From Aquificaceae bacterium (lineage in GTDB: Bacteria; Aquificota; Aquificia; Aquificales; Aquificaceae): DNA of 64,000 nucleotides. Below the pieces are notes generated by a model. It searched no databases, was not told the DNA's origin, and saw nothing but the letters and a program-made list of their open reading frames with translations. Below are positions 9,884 through 21,152 of the stretch, one piece after another. The number at the start of each line of letters is the position of its first letter. Position 1 is the stretch's first letter. Location of the stretch: the NCBI GenBank assembly GCA_037925075.1, contig JAXSNR010000002.1:288001-352000 (forward strand), read 5' to 3'. Both the position numbers and the translations under genes were made by a program.

Positions 9884-11257
9884 ATGCTCTTCTGGAAGAA
9901 GTCCGAGGAAGAAAAGCTTGCGGAAAAAGGGGACAAAAACGCCATACTGGCTCTTGTAGAAAAGGGTAAAAAGGAAAAGGCTATTGAGATATTAGAGAGG
10001 TTCAAAGAAAACCCAGAATTAAGAGGGCTTCTCTTTAGGCTATACATGGAGGAGGGCAAATACTACTACGCTTACCAACTTATAGAGCATTATGACCCTG
10101 AGCTCGCCACAGCCAAGGAGAAGGCCCTTATATACGAAAAGGTGGGTGAGTTAGAAAAGTCCGCAGAAGAATACTCAAAACTGGGTGATTGGGAAAGCCT
10201 CAAAAAGGCAGGTATTTTGCTATATATGGCAAAAAAGCCAGAAAAAGCCCTTGAACTTTTGAACCGAGCCTTAAAACTTGCACCAGCCCTAAAAAGGCAA
10301 GAGGTAGAAGAAACCATAAGGCAAGTGCAGGATGAGCTTGGCCTTGTGCAAAGGGAAAGCATACTTGAAAAGCTCAAAAAGGGTCTTAAAAAGACAAAGG
10401 AGGCTGTAGAGTTTGGCGTACTTTTTGCAGGTAGAAAGATAGATGAGGAGCTTTTTGAGGAGCTTGAGGAAAAGCTCATCAAGGCGGATGTGGGGGCAAA
10501 AACCTCCCTTCAAATAGTGGATGAACTGAAAAAGGAAGCCATAAGGAGAAACCTAAAAACCTCAGACCAACTATCTGGACTTTTGAAACAAGCCCTCCTT
10601 TACCAAATAGCCAAGTGCCAAGCTTTTCTTAGAGAGCCTCATGAAGGTGTAAGTCTGTACCTTTTCCTTGGGGTAAACGGTTCTGGGAAAACAACCACAA
10701 TAGGGAAGTTAGCCTACAGGTTTGTAAAGGAAGGTAAAAGGGTTTTGCTTGTTGCGGGAGATACTTTTAGGTCTGCAGCCATTGAACAGCTTGAGGTATG
10801 GGCACAAAGAAGCGGGGCGGACATATTCAAAAAGCACGAAGGTGCAGACCCAGCCTCTGTGGTCTATGAAGCCTTGCAGAAGGCTACTTCAGAAGGTTAT
10901 GGGGTGGTGCTTGTGGACACCGCGGGCAGGCTTCACACAAAGGAACCGCTAATAAGGGAGCTAAGAAAGCTCAGGGATGTGATAAAGAGGTTTTTACCTC
11001 AAGAGCCCACGGAAACCCTTTTGGTTTTGGATGCCACCATAGGCCAAAACTCCATCCAGCAGGCAAAGGTCTTCAAGGAAGCCCTTGAGGTCACCGGGCT
11101 TGTGCTTACCAAACTTGATGGCTCCGCCAAGGGTGGTGCTGTAGTGCCCATATGTAAAGAGCTTGGCATTCCTGTAAAGCTCATAGGAGTAGGTGAAGGG
11201 ATGGAAGACCTTCAGCCCTTTATGGCGGACGCTTTTATAGAGGAGTTAATCTCTTAG
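9884..11257 (+). CDS. ftsY: SRP receptor FtsY with N-terminal TPR-like helical extension
   Basis: GVNGSGKTTT, DTFRSAA, DTAGR, TKLDGSAKGG, GVGE. Confidence 0.96.
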   Translation: MLFWKKSEEEKLAEKGDKNAILALVEKGKKEKAIEILERFKENPELRGLLFRLYMEEGKYYYAYQLIEHYDPELATAKEKALIYEKVGELEKSAEEYSKLGDWESLKKAGILLYMAKKPEKALELLNRALKLAPALKRQEVEETIRQVQDELGLVQRESILEKLKKGLKKTKEAVEFGVLFAGRKIDEELFEELEEKLIKADVGAKTSLQIVDELKKEAIRRNLKTSDQLSGLLKQALLYQIAKCQAFLREPHEGVSLYLFLGVNGSGKTTTIGKLAYRFVKEGKRVLLVAGDTFRSAAIEQLEVWAQRSGADIFKKHEGADPASVVYEALQKATSEGYGVVLVDTAGRLHTKEPLIRELRKLRDVIKRFLPQEPTETLLVLDATIGQNSIQQAKVFKEALEVTGLVLTKLDGSAKGGAVVPICKELGIPVKLIGVGEGMEDLQPFMADAFIEELIS

Positions 11258-11266
11258 GAGGTTGGC

Positions 11267-13633
11267 ATGTTTCCAGAAGAACTTATAAAGGTTCCTGAGG
11301 TGCCTTCGGAAAACTTTGAAATTCCCGTAATGCCCTTGAGGGACCTTGTGGTCTTTCCCACCATGGTAATACCTCTCTTTGTGGGCAGGGGCTTTTCCAT
11401 AAGGGCTGTTGAGGAAGCCCTGAAAAAGGATAGGCTTATCTTTCTTGTTTTGCAAAAGGATAAGGCTATAGAAACTCCCAGTATGGAGGACCTTTACACC
11501 ATTGGCACCATAGCTCATGTGGTAAGGTCTGCACCCATAGAGGAAAATAGGCTAAAGATACTGGTGCAAGGCATAAAGAGGGCAAGACTTTTGGAATACA
11601 AACAGAAGGAAGATTATTACATTGCAAAGGTTCAGCCTTTAGAAGAGGTGGAGCTAGAAGCTGAAAACCTATCCAGTGAAGTAAAGGCATACATAAGGTC
11701 TATAAAGGAACAGCTTGATGTGGCTGTTTCCCTTGGCAAGCAAGTACTGCCGGACCTACTTATGCTCATAAAGGAGATGGAAGAGCCCGGAAGGCTTACG
11801 GACCTGACCGCATCCATACTGGACATAAAGGCTGTGGAAGCCCAAAAGGTCCTTGAGACCCTTGACCCAGTGGAAAGGCTTAAGCTGGTATATCAGTATC
11901 TTCAGAGTGAAGTGGGGCTTTTGGAAGTTCAAAGTAAGATAAGGGGAGTTGCCAGGGAGAGGATAGAAAAGGAACAAAGGGAATACTTTTTAAGGCAACA
12001 GCTAAAGGCAATTTTGGAAGAGCTTGGAGAAGGAGACGAAAGAAGGGCGGAGATAGAAGAGTACAGGAAAAAGCTTGGTAAGCTCAAGCTACCAAAGGAA
12101 TCAAGAGAGGAGATAGAAAAGCAAATAAAGAGGCTTGAAAAGCTACATCCAGAGTCTGCGGAGGCTGGAGTTCTTAGGACTTGGCTTGAGTGGGTCCTTG
12201 ACCTACCTTGGGACAAAGGCACAAAGGATCGGTACGACCTTGATAAGGCAAGAGAAATACTAGACCGAGACCATTACAACCTTGAGAAGGTGAAGGACCG
12301 AATAATTGAGTACCTTGCGGTTAAAAAGCTCACAAAAGGCAAAAGCCATGCGGTGCAGATACTATGCTTTGTGGGACCACCCGGTGTGGGAAAGACCTCC
12401 CTAGGTAGGTCCATAGCGGAATCTCTTGGTAGAAGGTTTGTCCGGATATCTCTAGGAGGTATGAGGGACGAAGCGGAGATAAGGGGGCACAGAAGAACCT
12501 ACGTGGGTGCCATGCCAGGCAGGATAATACAGGCCATAAAGCAGGGTGGAACAAAAAACCCTCTTATAGTTCTCGATGAGATAGATAAGCTTTCTCTTTC
12601 TTTTCAAGGCGACCCTGCAGCCGCCCTTCTTGAGGTGCTTGATCCAGAGCAAAACAAGAACTTTATGGACCTTTACATAGGCTTGCCCTTTGACCTATCG
12701 GAGGTCTTTTTCATATGTACTGCAAACCGCGTAGATACCATTCCAAGACCGCTTCTTGATAGGATGGAGGTGATAAATCTTTCGGGATACTCGGAGGAAG
12801 AAAAGGTCTTTATTGCCAAAAACCACCTTTTACCAAAGCTTCTGCCAGAGCATGGCTTTAAGAGATCGGAGGTGCAGTTCAGTGATGAAGCCCTGCTGGA
12901 GGTTATAAGAGGCTACACAAGGGAGTCTGGCGTTAGAAACCTTCAAAGACAGCTGAGTTCCATACTTAGAAAGTTAGCCCTTAGAAGACTCAGAGGTGAG
13001 CAGTTGCCCTTTGAGGTAAGAGCTCAGGATATAAAGGGATTTTTGGGTGTTTCAAAGAGGTATGCCATATCCGAAGAGAAGCCTATGGTGGGCATAGCTG
13101 TTGGTCTTGCGTGGACGGAGGTGGGCGGTGAAATAATGATAATAGAAGCCACCAAGTTCAAAGGCAAGGGAAACCTCATACTTACAGGTTCTCTAGGGGA
13201 CATTATGAAGGAATCCGCTCAGGCTGCACTATCTTACATAAAGTCAAAGGCTGAGGATTATCACATAGACCCAGAGGTTTTCTCAAGCCACGATATTCAT
13301 GTGCATGTGCCAGAAGGTGCTGTGCCAAAGGATGGTCCCTCCGCAGGTATAACCCTTGCGGTAGCGCTACTTTCCCTCTTTACAGGCAAGGAGGTAAGGA
13401 CGGATGTGGCGATGACGGGGGAGGTTACCCTAAGGGGAAGGGTTCTACCTGTAGGAGGACTCAAGGAGAAGATACTTGCAGCAAAGAGGGCAGGTATATA
13501 TGAGGTCATACTTCCTTCAAAGAACAAGGAAGAGGTGATGGAAGACTTGCCTGAGTACGTGAGAGACAAGATGACTTTACACTTTGTGGACAGCCTCGAT
13601 GAGGTTTTTGGTATAATATTTGGTAGAACTTAA
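11267..13633 (+). CDS. lon: ATP-dependent protease La
   Basis: PLRD N-domain, [35 protein letters not shown]. Confidence 0.98.
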   Translation: MFPEELIKVPEVPSENFEIPVMPLRDLVVFPTMVIPLFVGRGFSIRAVEEALKKDRLIFLVLQKDKAIETPSMEDLYTIGTIAHVVRSAPIEENRLKILVQGIKRARLLEYKQKEDYYIAKVQPLEEVELEAENLSSEVKAYIRSIKEQLDVAVSLGKQVLPDLLMLIKEMEEPGRLTDLTASILDIKAVEAQKVLETLDPVERLKLVYQYLQSEVGLLEVQSKIRGVARERIEKEQREYFLRQQLKAILEELGEGDERRAEIEEYRKKLGKLKLPKESREEIEKQIKRLEKLHPESAEAGVLRTWLEWVLDLPWDKGTKDRYDLDKAREILDRDHYNLEKVKDRIIEYLAVKKLTKGKSHAVQILCFVGPPGVGKTSLGRSIAESLGRRFVRISLGGMRDEAEIRGHRRTYVGAMPGRIIQAIKQGGTKNPLIVLDEIDKLSLSFQGDPAAALLEVLDPEQNKNFMDLYIGLPFDLSEVFFICTANRVDTIPRPLLDRMEVINLSGYSEEEKVFIAKNHLLPKLLPEHGFKRSEVQFSDEALLEVIRGYTRESGVRNLQRQLSSILRKLALRRLRGEQLPFEVRAQDIKGFLGVSKRYAISEEKPMVGIAVGLAWTEVGGEIMIIEATKFKGKGNLILTGSLGDIMKESAQAALSYIKSKAEDYHIDPEVFSSHDIHVHVPEGAVPKDGPSAGITLAVALLSLFTGKEVRTDVAMTGEVTLRGRVLPVGGLKEKILAAKRAGIYEVILPSKNKEEVMEDLPEYVRDKMTLHFVDSLDEVFGIIFGRT

Positions 13634-13647
13634 GGAGGTGAAAAGGC

Positions 13648-13848
13648 TTGGCAATAGTTCAGGTTATGGAGAATGAATCCTTTGAGAAGGCTTTCAAAAG
13701 GTTCAAAAGGATAGTAGAAAAAGAAGGCATACTCACAGAGGTAAAGAGAAGGCAGTTTTACGAAAAGCCCAGCGAGAAGAAGAAAAGGAAAGAAAGGCAA
13801 GCAAGGAAGAGGATAATCAAGGCTCTCAAGAAGAAGAGCCTTCTTTAG
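13648..13848 (+). CDS. rpsU: 30S ribosomal protein S21
   Basis: [29 protein letters not shown] with TTG start. Confidence 0.97.
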   Translation: MAIVQVMENESFEKAFKRFKRIVEKEGILTEVKRRQFYEKPSEKKKRKERQARKRIIKALKKKSLL

Positions 13849-14899
13849 GTTCGCCCATTTTGTAAGCTCTCAGTAGCTCCCTCTGCTCTTCTATTATGAA
13901 CTTCCTTATATAGTCTTCATTCGCCTTGCCGAGGTTTTCAAACCTTATGCCGAGGCAGGTTTTGTTTATACTGCTCCTTATGTTCTTTACAGTTCCGAAA
14001 ACCCTTACAGGGTAAGACTTAAGCTCAAAGTATACATAAACCCTTTCTCCAACCCTTACCTCTATAAAGCTTGAGAGACATAACCTTATACCCTGAGGGC
14101 TTATGTCTTCTACAGTACCTTCCATAAGGTCTTCTGGTTCTTCAAGTGAAAATATACCAGCGTTCCTGTATATGTGTATCTTGGCAGGTATCCTCACCCT
14201 CCAGCGAAGGCTTTCTCTTAGCTGAATTTTTGATAGTTGTTCTGTGTGGGGCAGGACTACAACCAGCTTTGTCCCATCTCTGTAAGTTCTTATTACATTG
14301 CTCTGAAAATAGTATCTACCGTCTTCCTCTCTTAGGAAGGAAAACTTTACCCTTTCACCAGTCTGTATAGCTTTTAATGGACTATCAAGTAAAGCTATGT
14401 GAAGTTCAAGCTCGTTCTTTTCCCATACTGCGGAACTGTAGGCGTTGTTTTCATAAGTTATAAAACCTGTTTGATAAAGGTCTATGTCCTTTGTACTACT
14501 AAGGGGTAAAAACCAAGGAAGGCTATCAAACTTGAGCTTTTTCCTTATATGGGTTACCATTTCTATCTTTGATGCATCCTCTTTTACAAGTCTTGATATA
14601 CATCTCTCAAAAACTTTTTTTGCCTGCATTATTTTGGTAGGTTCCTTTGTAGTACTTGCACACTTCCACAGAAGGTTGATTTCTTCTGTCTCAAGCCCTA
14701 GGGACCTTCCTGTATTAAAGAAATCCTTCCTGAGGCTCAGCTTAGCCTTGTACCTCGACCAGAGATGTGGAAGAATTATAAGAAAACCTACTGCAAGAGA
14801 GAAAAGCAAAAGCACAAAAAGCACATCAGAAAGACTTGGGGATCTAAACATGTATCTAGTTGCTTCCCTGAAAGTTTCAAACCCTCCCTGATATTCCAT
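13826..14899 (-). CDS. Membrane-anchored YcgR/PilZ c-di-GMP effector (flagellar-brake-like)
   Basis: N-terminal hydrophobic helix; QLRESLR (RxxxR) and DISPQG (DxSxxG) PilZ motifs. Confidence 0.8.
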   Translation of the reverse strand: MEYQGGFETFREATRYMFRSPSLSDVLFVLLLFSLAVGFLIILPHLWSRYKAKLSLRKDFFNTGRSLGLETEEINLLWKCASTTKEPTKIMQAKKVFERCISRLVKEDASKIEMVTHIRKKLKFDSLPWFLPLSSTKDIDLYQTGFITYENNAYSSAVWEKNELELHIALLDSPLKAIQTGERVKFSFLREEDGRYYFQSNVIRTYRDGTKLVVVLPHTEQLSKIQLRESLRWRVRIPAKIHIYRNAGIFSLEEPEDLMEGTVEDISPQGIRLCLSSFIEVRVGERVYVYFELKSYPVRVFGTVKNIRSSINKTCLGIRFENLGKANEDYIRKFIIEEQRELLRAYKMGEPKEGSSS

Positions 14900-14909
14900 A
14901 CCAGCACCT

Positions 14910-15854
14910 TTAAAATTTATCCTCTATATATCTTTCTGCCTCTATAGCTGCTATGCAACCCTCTCCAACCGCAACAGCCACTTGTCCAGTTGCCCCGCTC
15001 CTGCAATCACCGGCTGCAAAAACCCCTTCAATAGAGGTCCTCATCCTCTCATCGGTTATTACATATCCCTTATCGTCGAGTTCAAGGGATCCTTTAAGAA
15101 AGCCCGTGTTGGGCTCAAGCCCTATGAAAATAAACACGCCCTCCACAGGCAGCTCAGAAAGGCTGTTATCCCTTGTGTCTCTAAGGATAAGCTTTTCCAC
15201 AAAATCGCCACCTTTTATCTCTTCCACCACCTTGTTGGGCACAAAGGTTATTTTTGGATTGGAAAAGACCTTTTCTTGCAGGTGCTTTTGTGCTCGTAGT
15301 TGGTCTCTTCTATGTACAAGGTAAACTCTGCTGGCAAATCTTGTTAAAAAAAGACTCTCCTGGGTTGCGGAATCTCCTCCCCCCACAACCGCTATGGGCA
15401 CGCCTTCAAAAAGTGCACCGTCGCATGTGGCACAGTAAGATACGCCCCTGTTTAAGAACTCCTCTTCACCAGGTACTCCCAGCCTCCTTGGGTTTGACCC
15501 CACCGCAAGGATTACCGTCTTACTTCTTACAAGCTCACCCGTCCTGAGGTGAAGGAATATCTCCCTTCCAACCCTTTCTATCTTTGAGACTTCTTTTCTG
15601 AGTATATGAAGACCAAACCGCTCCGCCTGCTCTTTAAACCTCTTTGTGAGCTCCTTACCGCTTATGCCTTCTGGAAAGCCCGGGTAGTTCTCCACCAAGT
15701 CTGTTATGGCTATCTGCCCCCCCAAAGTTCCCCTTTCAAAGAGAAGAGTGTTCATTTTTGCCCTTGCACAGTATAATCCAGCGGTCAAGCCTGCAGGACC
15801 GCCACCAATTATTATGCAGTCGTAGAGTGTCTCTTCAGATAGTTCCACCATCAC
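14910..15854 (-). CDS. trxB: Thioredoxin reductase
   Basis: [27 protein letters not shown]. Confidence 0.97.
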   Translation of the reverse strand: MMVELSEETLYDCIIIGGGPAGLTAGLYCARAKMNTLLFERGTLGGQIAITDLVENYPGFPEGISGKELTKRFKEQAERFGLHILRKEVSKIERVGREIFLHLRTGELVRSKTVILAVGSNPRRLGVPGEEEFLNRGVSYCATCDGALFEGVPIAVVGGGDSATQESLFLTRFASRVYLVHRRDQLRAQKHLQEKVFSNPKITFVPNKVVEEIKGGDFVEKLILRDTRDNSLSELPVEGVFIFIGLEPNTGFLKGSLELDDKGYVITDERMRTSIEGVFAAGDCRSGATGQVAVAVGEGCIAAIEAERYIEDKF

Positions 15855-16171
15855 AGATGGCTGCTAATCATCTGCCTGAGGGCTTCTTTTGGTTGTACTC
15901 CTATACGAGTATCTACCACCTCACCGTTTTTAAAAAGCATTATGGTAGGTATAGCCCTTATGCCATACCTCATAGCTATGTTTGGGTTCTCGTCGGTGTT
16001 AAGTTTTCCAAATTTAACCTTCTCTCCTATTTCCATCGCCAACTCTTCGACTATGGGTGCTATTATCCTGCATGGTCCACACCACGGTGCCCAGAAATCT
16101 ACCACCACAGGCTTATCGGAGTTTATTACCTCCGCCTGCCAGTTGCTTTCGGTGAGGACTATTACCGCCAT
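15851..16171 (-). CDS. trxA: Thioredoxin
   Basis: WAPWCGPC active site. Confidence 0.98.
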   Translation of the reverse strand: MAVIVLTESNWQAEVINSDKPVVVDFWAPWCGPCRIIAPIVEELAMEIGEKVKFGKLNTDENPNIAMRYGIRAIPTIMLFKNGEVVDTRIGVQPKEALRQMISSHL

Positions 16172-16172
16172 A

Positions 16173-16472
16173 TTACACCTCCTTGCTAAGTATTTCGTAG
16201 ATCTTTACCACCCTTTCGTCTTTGATGTAATAGCACACTATAGACCCATCCCTCTTACATCCCACTATACCCTTGTTCCTGAGTATACCAAGATGTTGGG
16301 AAACGTTTGGTTGTGAGGTATGCAAAAGGTCGCTTAGGTTTTTAACACACTGCCTACCTTCAATAAGCACCGCCACTATCCTGAGCCTGATAGGATGAGC
16401 TAAAGCCTTCAAAAACTCTGCCCACTCTTCTAACCTTTCTTCATTCACAACCTCAGCTTGCATTTTTTTCAC
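16173..16472 (-). CDS. ArsR/SmtB family transcriptional regulator
   Basis: [24 protein letters not shown]. Confidence 0.93.
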   Translation of the reverse strand: MKKMQAEVVNEERLEEWAEFLKALAHPIRLRIVAVLIEGRQCVKNLSDLLHTSQPNVSQHLGILRNKGIVGCKRDGSIVCYYIKDERVVKIYEILSKEV

Positions 16473-16501
16473 CTCATATGCTTATATTCTATCATAGGAA
16501 T

Positions 16502-16918
16502 ATGGAAAAAGTGTACATTTACAGAAAAAGGTCAAGGCACCTTCACTACGCTTTTGTGGTCTCTTTGGTGGTTCTGTATATTGCTTGCCTTCCTCTGTAT
16601 GAGTACTTTAAGGTTCCCTTGCATGAAAACCTGGTCAATTTCCTTACCTTTTTTGTGCTTGCTACTGGGCTGTTTTCCATTCTACCTGCTTTATTTCTTA
16701 GAAAGAGGGTCTTTCCTGTAAGCCCTCATAAGGATCCATACTGGAGCTACACTGCCACAAGAAGATATTTTTGGTTATACGTGTTATGTCTTGTTCCTTT
16801 TGCCTTTGCCTTTCTGGCTTTTGTTGCCTTTGCTTCTATTCAGGTGCTATCCGCTGGCTTTCTCCTTAGCCTCTGTGGTTTAATATTAGTAAGACCAAAA
16901 GAGGAGGACGTAAGATGA
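16502..16918 (+). CDS. Hypothetical membrane protein (about 4 TM)
   Basis: Hydrophobic ORF; stop overlaps the next start (ATGA); start codon uncertain. Confidence 0.7.
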   Translation: MEKVYIYRKRSRHLHYAFVVSLVVLYIACLPLYEYFKVPLHENLVNFLTFFVLATGLFSILPALFLRKRVFPVSPHKDPYWSYTATRRYFWLYVLCLVPFAFAFLAFVAFASIQVLSAGFLLSLCGLILVRPKEEDVR

Positions 16919-17139
16919 GTAGAGAAGAAGCCCTTCAAAAACTTCTCCAAGAAAACAAGGAATTCAGATATCACTACGAAAGACACCATGAACTTGATGC
17001 ACAAGTGGACAAACTTGAAAAGCATCATCCCATGACCCATGAACTGGAAATGGAAATAGAGAGGCTAAAGAGGGAAAGGCTTTATCACAGGGATATGATG
17101 GAAAAGATCTTAAGCGATTTTCTCAAGAGCCACGTATGA
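16915..17139 (+). CDS. DUF465/YdcH family small coiled-coil protein
   Basis: [13 protein letters not shown]...[11 protein letters not shown] pattern; SD GAGGAGG. Confidence 0.8.
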   Translation: MSREEALQKLLQENKEFRYHYERHHELDAQVDKLEKHHPMTHELEMEIERLKRERLYHRDMMEKILSDFLKSHV

Positions 17140-17549
17140 AAAGTCATACCGCATACCTTACCTTTAACACAAAAAACAGAAGAGAACTTGTAAGGATAAC
17201 GGATCAGGTAAAAAAGATAGTGGAGAAATCTGGCATTAAGGAGGGCTTATGTTTGGTCTCTTCCATGCATCTTACCGCATCGGTGATAGTCCAAGATGAC
17301 GAAGAAGGGCTTCATCAAGACATATGGGAGTGGCTGGAGAGATTGGCGCCTTACAGAAAAGACTACAAGCATCACAAGACGGGAGAGGACAACGCAGATG
17401 CCCACCTGAGAAACCTTCTAACCCACCTTCAGGTGGTTTTACCCATCACCAACGGCAAGCTTGACCTTGGACCTTGGCAGGAGATCTTCTACGCGGAGTT
17501 TGATGGCCAAAGGAAAAAGAGGGTTATAGTTAAGGTGATAGGTATCTGA
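17136..17549 (+). CDS. yjbQ: YjbQ/UPF0047 family protein
   Basis: [26 protein letters not shown]. Confidence 0.93.
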   Translation: MKSHTAYLTFNTKNRRELVRITDQVKKIVEKSGIKEGLCLVSSMHLTASVIVQDDEEGLHQDIWEWLERLAPYRKDYKHHKTGEDNADAHLRNLLTHLQVVLPITNGKLDLGPWQEIFYAEFDGQRKKRVIVKVIGI

Positions 17550-18147
17550 TAGCTTCCCGTTTTTCTTTGCACTTTTCACACCTTCCGCAAGGGACTATTT
17601 TACCCATAAGCTTTTTTGGTCTTATACAGGAGAGGGTCCTTTCAAGAGGGACTTCCTCTGAAAACCTTTTCAGCACCTCATACTTTTCCATTCCCATAAA
17701 GGGTGTCAAAAGCTGTAAGCCCATAAGGGATTGAAGACGGTTCATATATTCTGCATTGTTGTCTGGGAAAGGGTATATGCCCAGACTACCTATGGCTACA
17801 TGTTTTATACCTTTTAGCATCGCATAGCTTCCTGCAAGGGACAAAAGGCTCAGGTTTCTAAGGGGTATAAAAAGATCTCTTTCGTGGCTTCTTTTGCTTA
17901 ACTTTTCTGGATTTATAGTATGCAAGACTCTGATGGGCATGAGGTTTCTGTATCTTTTCTTGGTGTAGAGCCACAGACCTTTTGCATTCTCAAGCTCAAG
18001 GTCTTCCCATGGATACCCAGCCTTTATGTATATGGGATAAACAAGCAAGCCCTTTTTGAGGTACATGTAAAGCAAGCATGTGCTTTCAACTCCACCGCTG
18101 AAGAGAACAACTATTTTATGAACATTCACCCGAGACATGTCTTCCAC
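17530..18147 (-). CDS. QueC-like PP-loop ATPase (divergent)
   Basis: [23 protein letters not shown]...CGRCEKC Zn motif. Confidence 0.8.
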   Translation of the reverse strand: MEDMSRVNVHKIVVLFSGGVESTCLLYMYLKKGLLVYPIYIKAGYPWEDLELENAKGLWLYTKKRYRNLMPIRVLHTINPEKLSKRSHERDLFIPLRNLSLLSLAGSYAMLKGIKHVAIGSLGIYPFPDNNAEYMNRLQSLMGLQLLTPFMGMEKYEVLKRFSEEVPLERTLSCIRPKKLMGKIVPCGRCEKCKEKREAIRYLSP

Positions 18148-18847
18148 TGTCCAGCATTATAATTTCTCCCGTCATACTTTCCACTTCAAGGAGGTACTTG
18201 GTAAGCTTAACCACATCTTTTATGGATACAGTTCTTTTAAGTGGCGTTTTTTTTACATACTCTTGCCACTTTTCTTCGGAAAGGTCTGGTGGTTTTAGGG
18301 TAGGACCGAGGGCTATGGCATTTACAAGCACATATGGGGCAAACTCCTTGGCGAGCACCTTTACTGCGGTGTGCAAGGCACCCTTTGCCAAAAAGTAAGC
18401 GGAATAGTTTTTGTAGGGCGTGGTATTGGTAGCCCAATCTCCAAAGGCAACTATCCTTCCTTTTACATCTCCAGAGTTTTCCATCATCAGAGAATAAACC
18501 TCCCTGCTCATCACCACAAAAGCCTGAGCTATAGGCTTGAAGTGATAATCTATATGCTCCTCTTTAAGCTCAAAAAGAGGGGTAGGCTCATAGGGGCTTG
18601 AAAGATGTAAAAGGGCATCAATTCCGCCTAGCATGTGCGTAAGGTCCTTTACAGCCCTTTCCGCCTCATGCCATAGGCTCAAGTCCACCCTAACACCACA
18701 AACCCTATCACCGAAATCGTTTTTTAACTCTCTATAAACATGCTCTGAGCTTTTATATACAAGGCCCACACTCCAGCCCTTTTCTAGGAGGCTTCTAGCT
18801 ATCTCATGCCCTATTCTTCTTATGCCGGTTATTATGGCTTTTTTCAT
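18116..18847 (-). CDS. SDR, pteridine reductase (PTR1/FolM)-like
   Basis: TGIRRIG (PTR-type Arg), YFLAK (YxxxK), VNAIALG, TGEII; start placed at MKKAIITG. Confidence 0.85.
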   Translation of the reverse strand: MKKAIITGIRRIGHEIARSLLEKGWSVGLVYKSSEHVYRELKNDFGDRVCGVRVDLSLWHEAERAVKDLTHMLGGIDALLHLSSPYEPTPLFELKEEHIDYHFKPIAQAFVVMSREVYSLMMENSGDVKGRIVAFGDWATNTTPYKNYSAYFLAKGALHTAVKVLAKEFAPYVLVNAIALGPTLKPPDLSEEKWQEYVKKTPLKRTVSIKDVVKLTKYLLEVESMTGEIIMLDSGRHVSGECS

Positions 18848-18863
18848 GGCTATAATTATATGC

Positions 18864-19517
18864 GTGAAGGCTGTCCTTATAACCGCCACAGATACGGGGG
18901 TAGGAAAGACCTTTATAAGCTATAACCTTGTATATGCTTTAAAGGAAAGGGGTATGAGGGTTGGCTATCTAAAACCTATAGAGACAGGTGTCAAGGATTT
19001 GCCTGCGGATGGCAAGCTTGTTGCCTCCCTTACAGGACAGCCGATTGAAGAGGCTGTGCCCGTCAGGTACAAACTGCCCCTTTCTCCCTATGCGGGTATA
19101 TTGGAGGAAGGTAAGGACTTTTCCCTTGAGACCTTAAGAGAAAACTTTGAAGGGCTTTTAAAGAAGTATGAGTTTCTTGTGGTAGAAGGGGCAGGTGGTG
19201 TGGCGGTGCCTATAAAAAAGGGATATGACTATGCAAAGCTTGCTTATGAGTGGGGCTTGAACACTATACTGGTAGCAAGGGCACATCTCGGTACCATAAA
19301 CCACAGCTTCCTAAGTTGGTACTACATGAAGTCCATGGGCGTAGAGCCTTTGGCCATAGTTATGAACGGTTTTGAGGGTAAGGATGTTTCCGAAAAGACA
19401 AACCCCGCCATAGTGGAGGAACTAACTGGTCTAAGAGTTATAAGGATTCCAAAGATTGAGGGACTTTTACTTCCGTCGGAGTTTAGAAAACTACTTGCTG
19501 AGCTTGTCGGGTTCTAA
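18864..19517 (+). CDS. bioD: Dethiobiotin synthase
   Basis: TDTGVGKT, KPIETG, VEGAGG, LGTINH; GTG start. Confidence 0.96.
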   Translation: MKAVLITATDTGVGKTFISYNLVYALKERGMRVGYLKPIETGVKDLPADGKLVASLTGQPIEEAVPVRYKLPLSPYAGILEEGKDFSLETLRENFEGLLKKYEFLVVEGAGGVAVPIKKGYDYAKLAYEWGLNTILVARAHLGTINHSFLSWYYMKSMGVEPLAIVMNGFEGKDVSEKTNPAIVEELTGLRVIRIPKIEGLLLPSEFRKLLAELVGF

Positions 19518-21152
19518 ACGATAATAGAAGGCTACCCTTTCCACAAGTTCCTTAAAGTAGGGTGCGGCTACGGTGCCTCCGTAAGGGTTTGAACCCTTTG
19601 GCCTATCTACCATGATACCCGCTATGAACCTTGGGTCTTTGGCCGGAAAGTATCCTACAAAATAGGTTACTAGGTCTTCCCTTGAGTATCTTCCTGTCTT
19701 GAAATCAAACTTTTGAGATGTCCCAGTTTTGCCTGCTATAGTGAAGTAGTCGGATTTTGCCCTTGTTGCGGTTCCTTCTTCAACCACCCTTGTTAGGTTT
19801 GTCTGTAGCCAATTGAGAACATGGGGTGCGTATATGTTTTCTCTCAAAACTTGGATTGGCTCATTCAATAGTATTTTTGGCTTTACTATACGGTTGGTTG
19901 CCAATGCGTTAAAGCTAACGCATAGATTTAAAAGGTTAGAAGATAAGCCTTGTCCTATGCTTGCGTACAGGATGTTGGCAGGATAGTTAAAGTTGGGAAG
20001 TTTGGGTTTTACCTCTCCCGGAAGTATATGGAACCTATCTGTCATATGTATATTTTCCATAAGTTCCTCAACTTCCCTTTTTGAGAGGAAGCGGGCAACC
20101 TTTATGGTACCTACATTAGAAGACTTTATGAGTACCTGCTCGAGGGTAAGCGTTCCCAAGGGTTTTACATCTTTTACGTGCCTGCCAAAGACCTCAATCC
20201 TTCCGCCTTCTGTATCTATCCACATACCGGGTTTTACGTATCTCTTTTGCAAAGCCTGTCCTATAAAGAAGGGTTTCATCACAGAGCCGGGTTCAAAAAG
20301 GTCTGTGATCACAAAGTTTCTTCTGTAAGAAGCTGGAAATTTTTGGTAGTGGTTTGGGTCAAAAGTGGGATAGTTCGCCATACCCAGGATATCACCCGTT
20401 TTTGCATCCATAAGTAGTATGCCCACTCTGTCTGGGTTCCACTGCTTTACTATCTTGTCCCTTATATCCTCTAATATGGTTTGCACTCCAAGGTCTATGG
20501 TGAGCTGAATATCCTTAGAAGTCATATCTTCAGACAGAGGGCTAACCGCCAACCTTCCCAAGTAAAAGACTCCCTTTATCTCCTTACCTCTTAAATCCTT
20601 GTTGAAAAGATATTCAATCCCCTCTAATCCTTCTCCATCTTTCCCCACAAAACCTATAAGATTACTTGCAAGGCTACCATGAGGGTAGAGTCTTTTATAC
20701 TCTTCTTGTATTCCCACAGCCTTGTCATTGCCCGTGTCCCTTATAACTGCCTTTAGGTAGGGCATGTAAACCTTGTCCATATGCCTTATAAGCCATGCAA
20801 ACTTTTTGTTTGAGTTTAGTTGGTCCATCAGGTCCCTTTCTCTGAGGTCTGGCAATGCGGAAAGCCTCCGAACCAGTTCCTCTTTGTTTTGCACATGATG
20901 AGGAAAGGCATAAAGGGAAACGGTAGGTACGCTTATGGCAAGGTCATTTCCCCTTCTGTCCCTTATAAAGCCCCTTGGAGTGGAAAGTTTAACCACCGAC
21001 GCTTTTGGAAACTTTTCCACCACCTTGTCCACATAGCCCTCTTTTCCTATGAGCTGTATGTAGGCAAACCTTGCGGTTATTATGAAAAACCCTAAAAATG
21101 TGAGGAAGGAGAGAAAAAGTATTTTTGCGTTGCTACTTTTGAGATCCTGCAT
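19491..21152 (-). CDS. ftsI: Class B penicillin-binding protein (FtsI/PBP3-like)
   Basis: N-terminal TM, RG.I.DR, EPGSVMK (SxxK), SSN, KTGT. Confidence 0.85.
   Translation of the reverse strand: MQDLKSSNAKILFLSFLTFLGFFIITARFAYIQLIGKEGYVDKVVEKFPKASVVKLSTPRGFIRDRRGNDLAISVPTVSLYAFPHHVQNKEELVRRLSALPDLRERDLMDQLNSNKKFAWLIRHMDKVYMPYLKAVIRDTGNDKAVGIQEEYKRLYPHGSLASNLIGFVGKDGEGLEGIEYLFNKDLRGKEIKGVFYLGRLAVSPLSEDMTSKDIQLTIDLGVQTILEDIRDKIVKQWNPDRVGILLMDAKTGDILGMANYPTFDPNHYQKFPASYRRNFVITDLFEPGSVMKPFFIGQALQKRYVKPGMWIDTEGGRIEVFGRHVKDVKPLGTLTLEQVLIKSSNVGTIKVARFLSKREVEELMENIHMTDRFHILPGEVKPKLPNFNYPANILYASIGQGLSSNLLNLCVSFNALATNRIVKPKILLNEPIQVLRENIYAPHVLNWLQTNLTRVVEEGTATRAKSDYFTIAGKTGTSQKFDFKTGRYSREDLVTYFVGYFPAKDPRFIAGIMVDRPKGSNPYGGTVAAPYFKELVERVAFYYRLEPDKLSK

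Noticed and set aside
520..13633. Inteins in dnaB or lon
   Set aside because: Both are normal length with contiguous motifs
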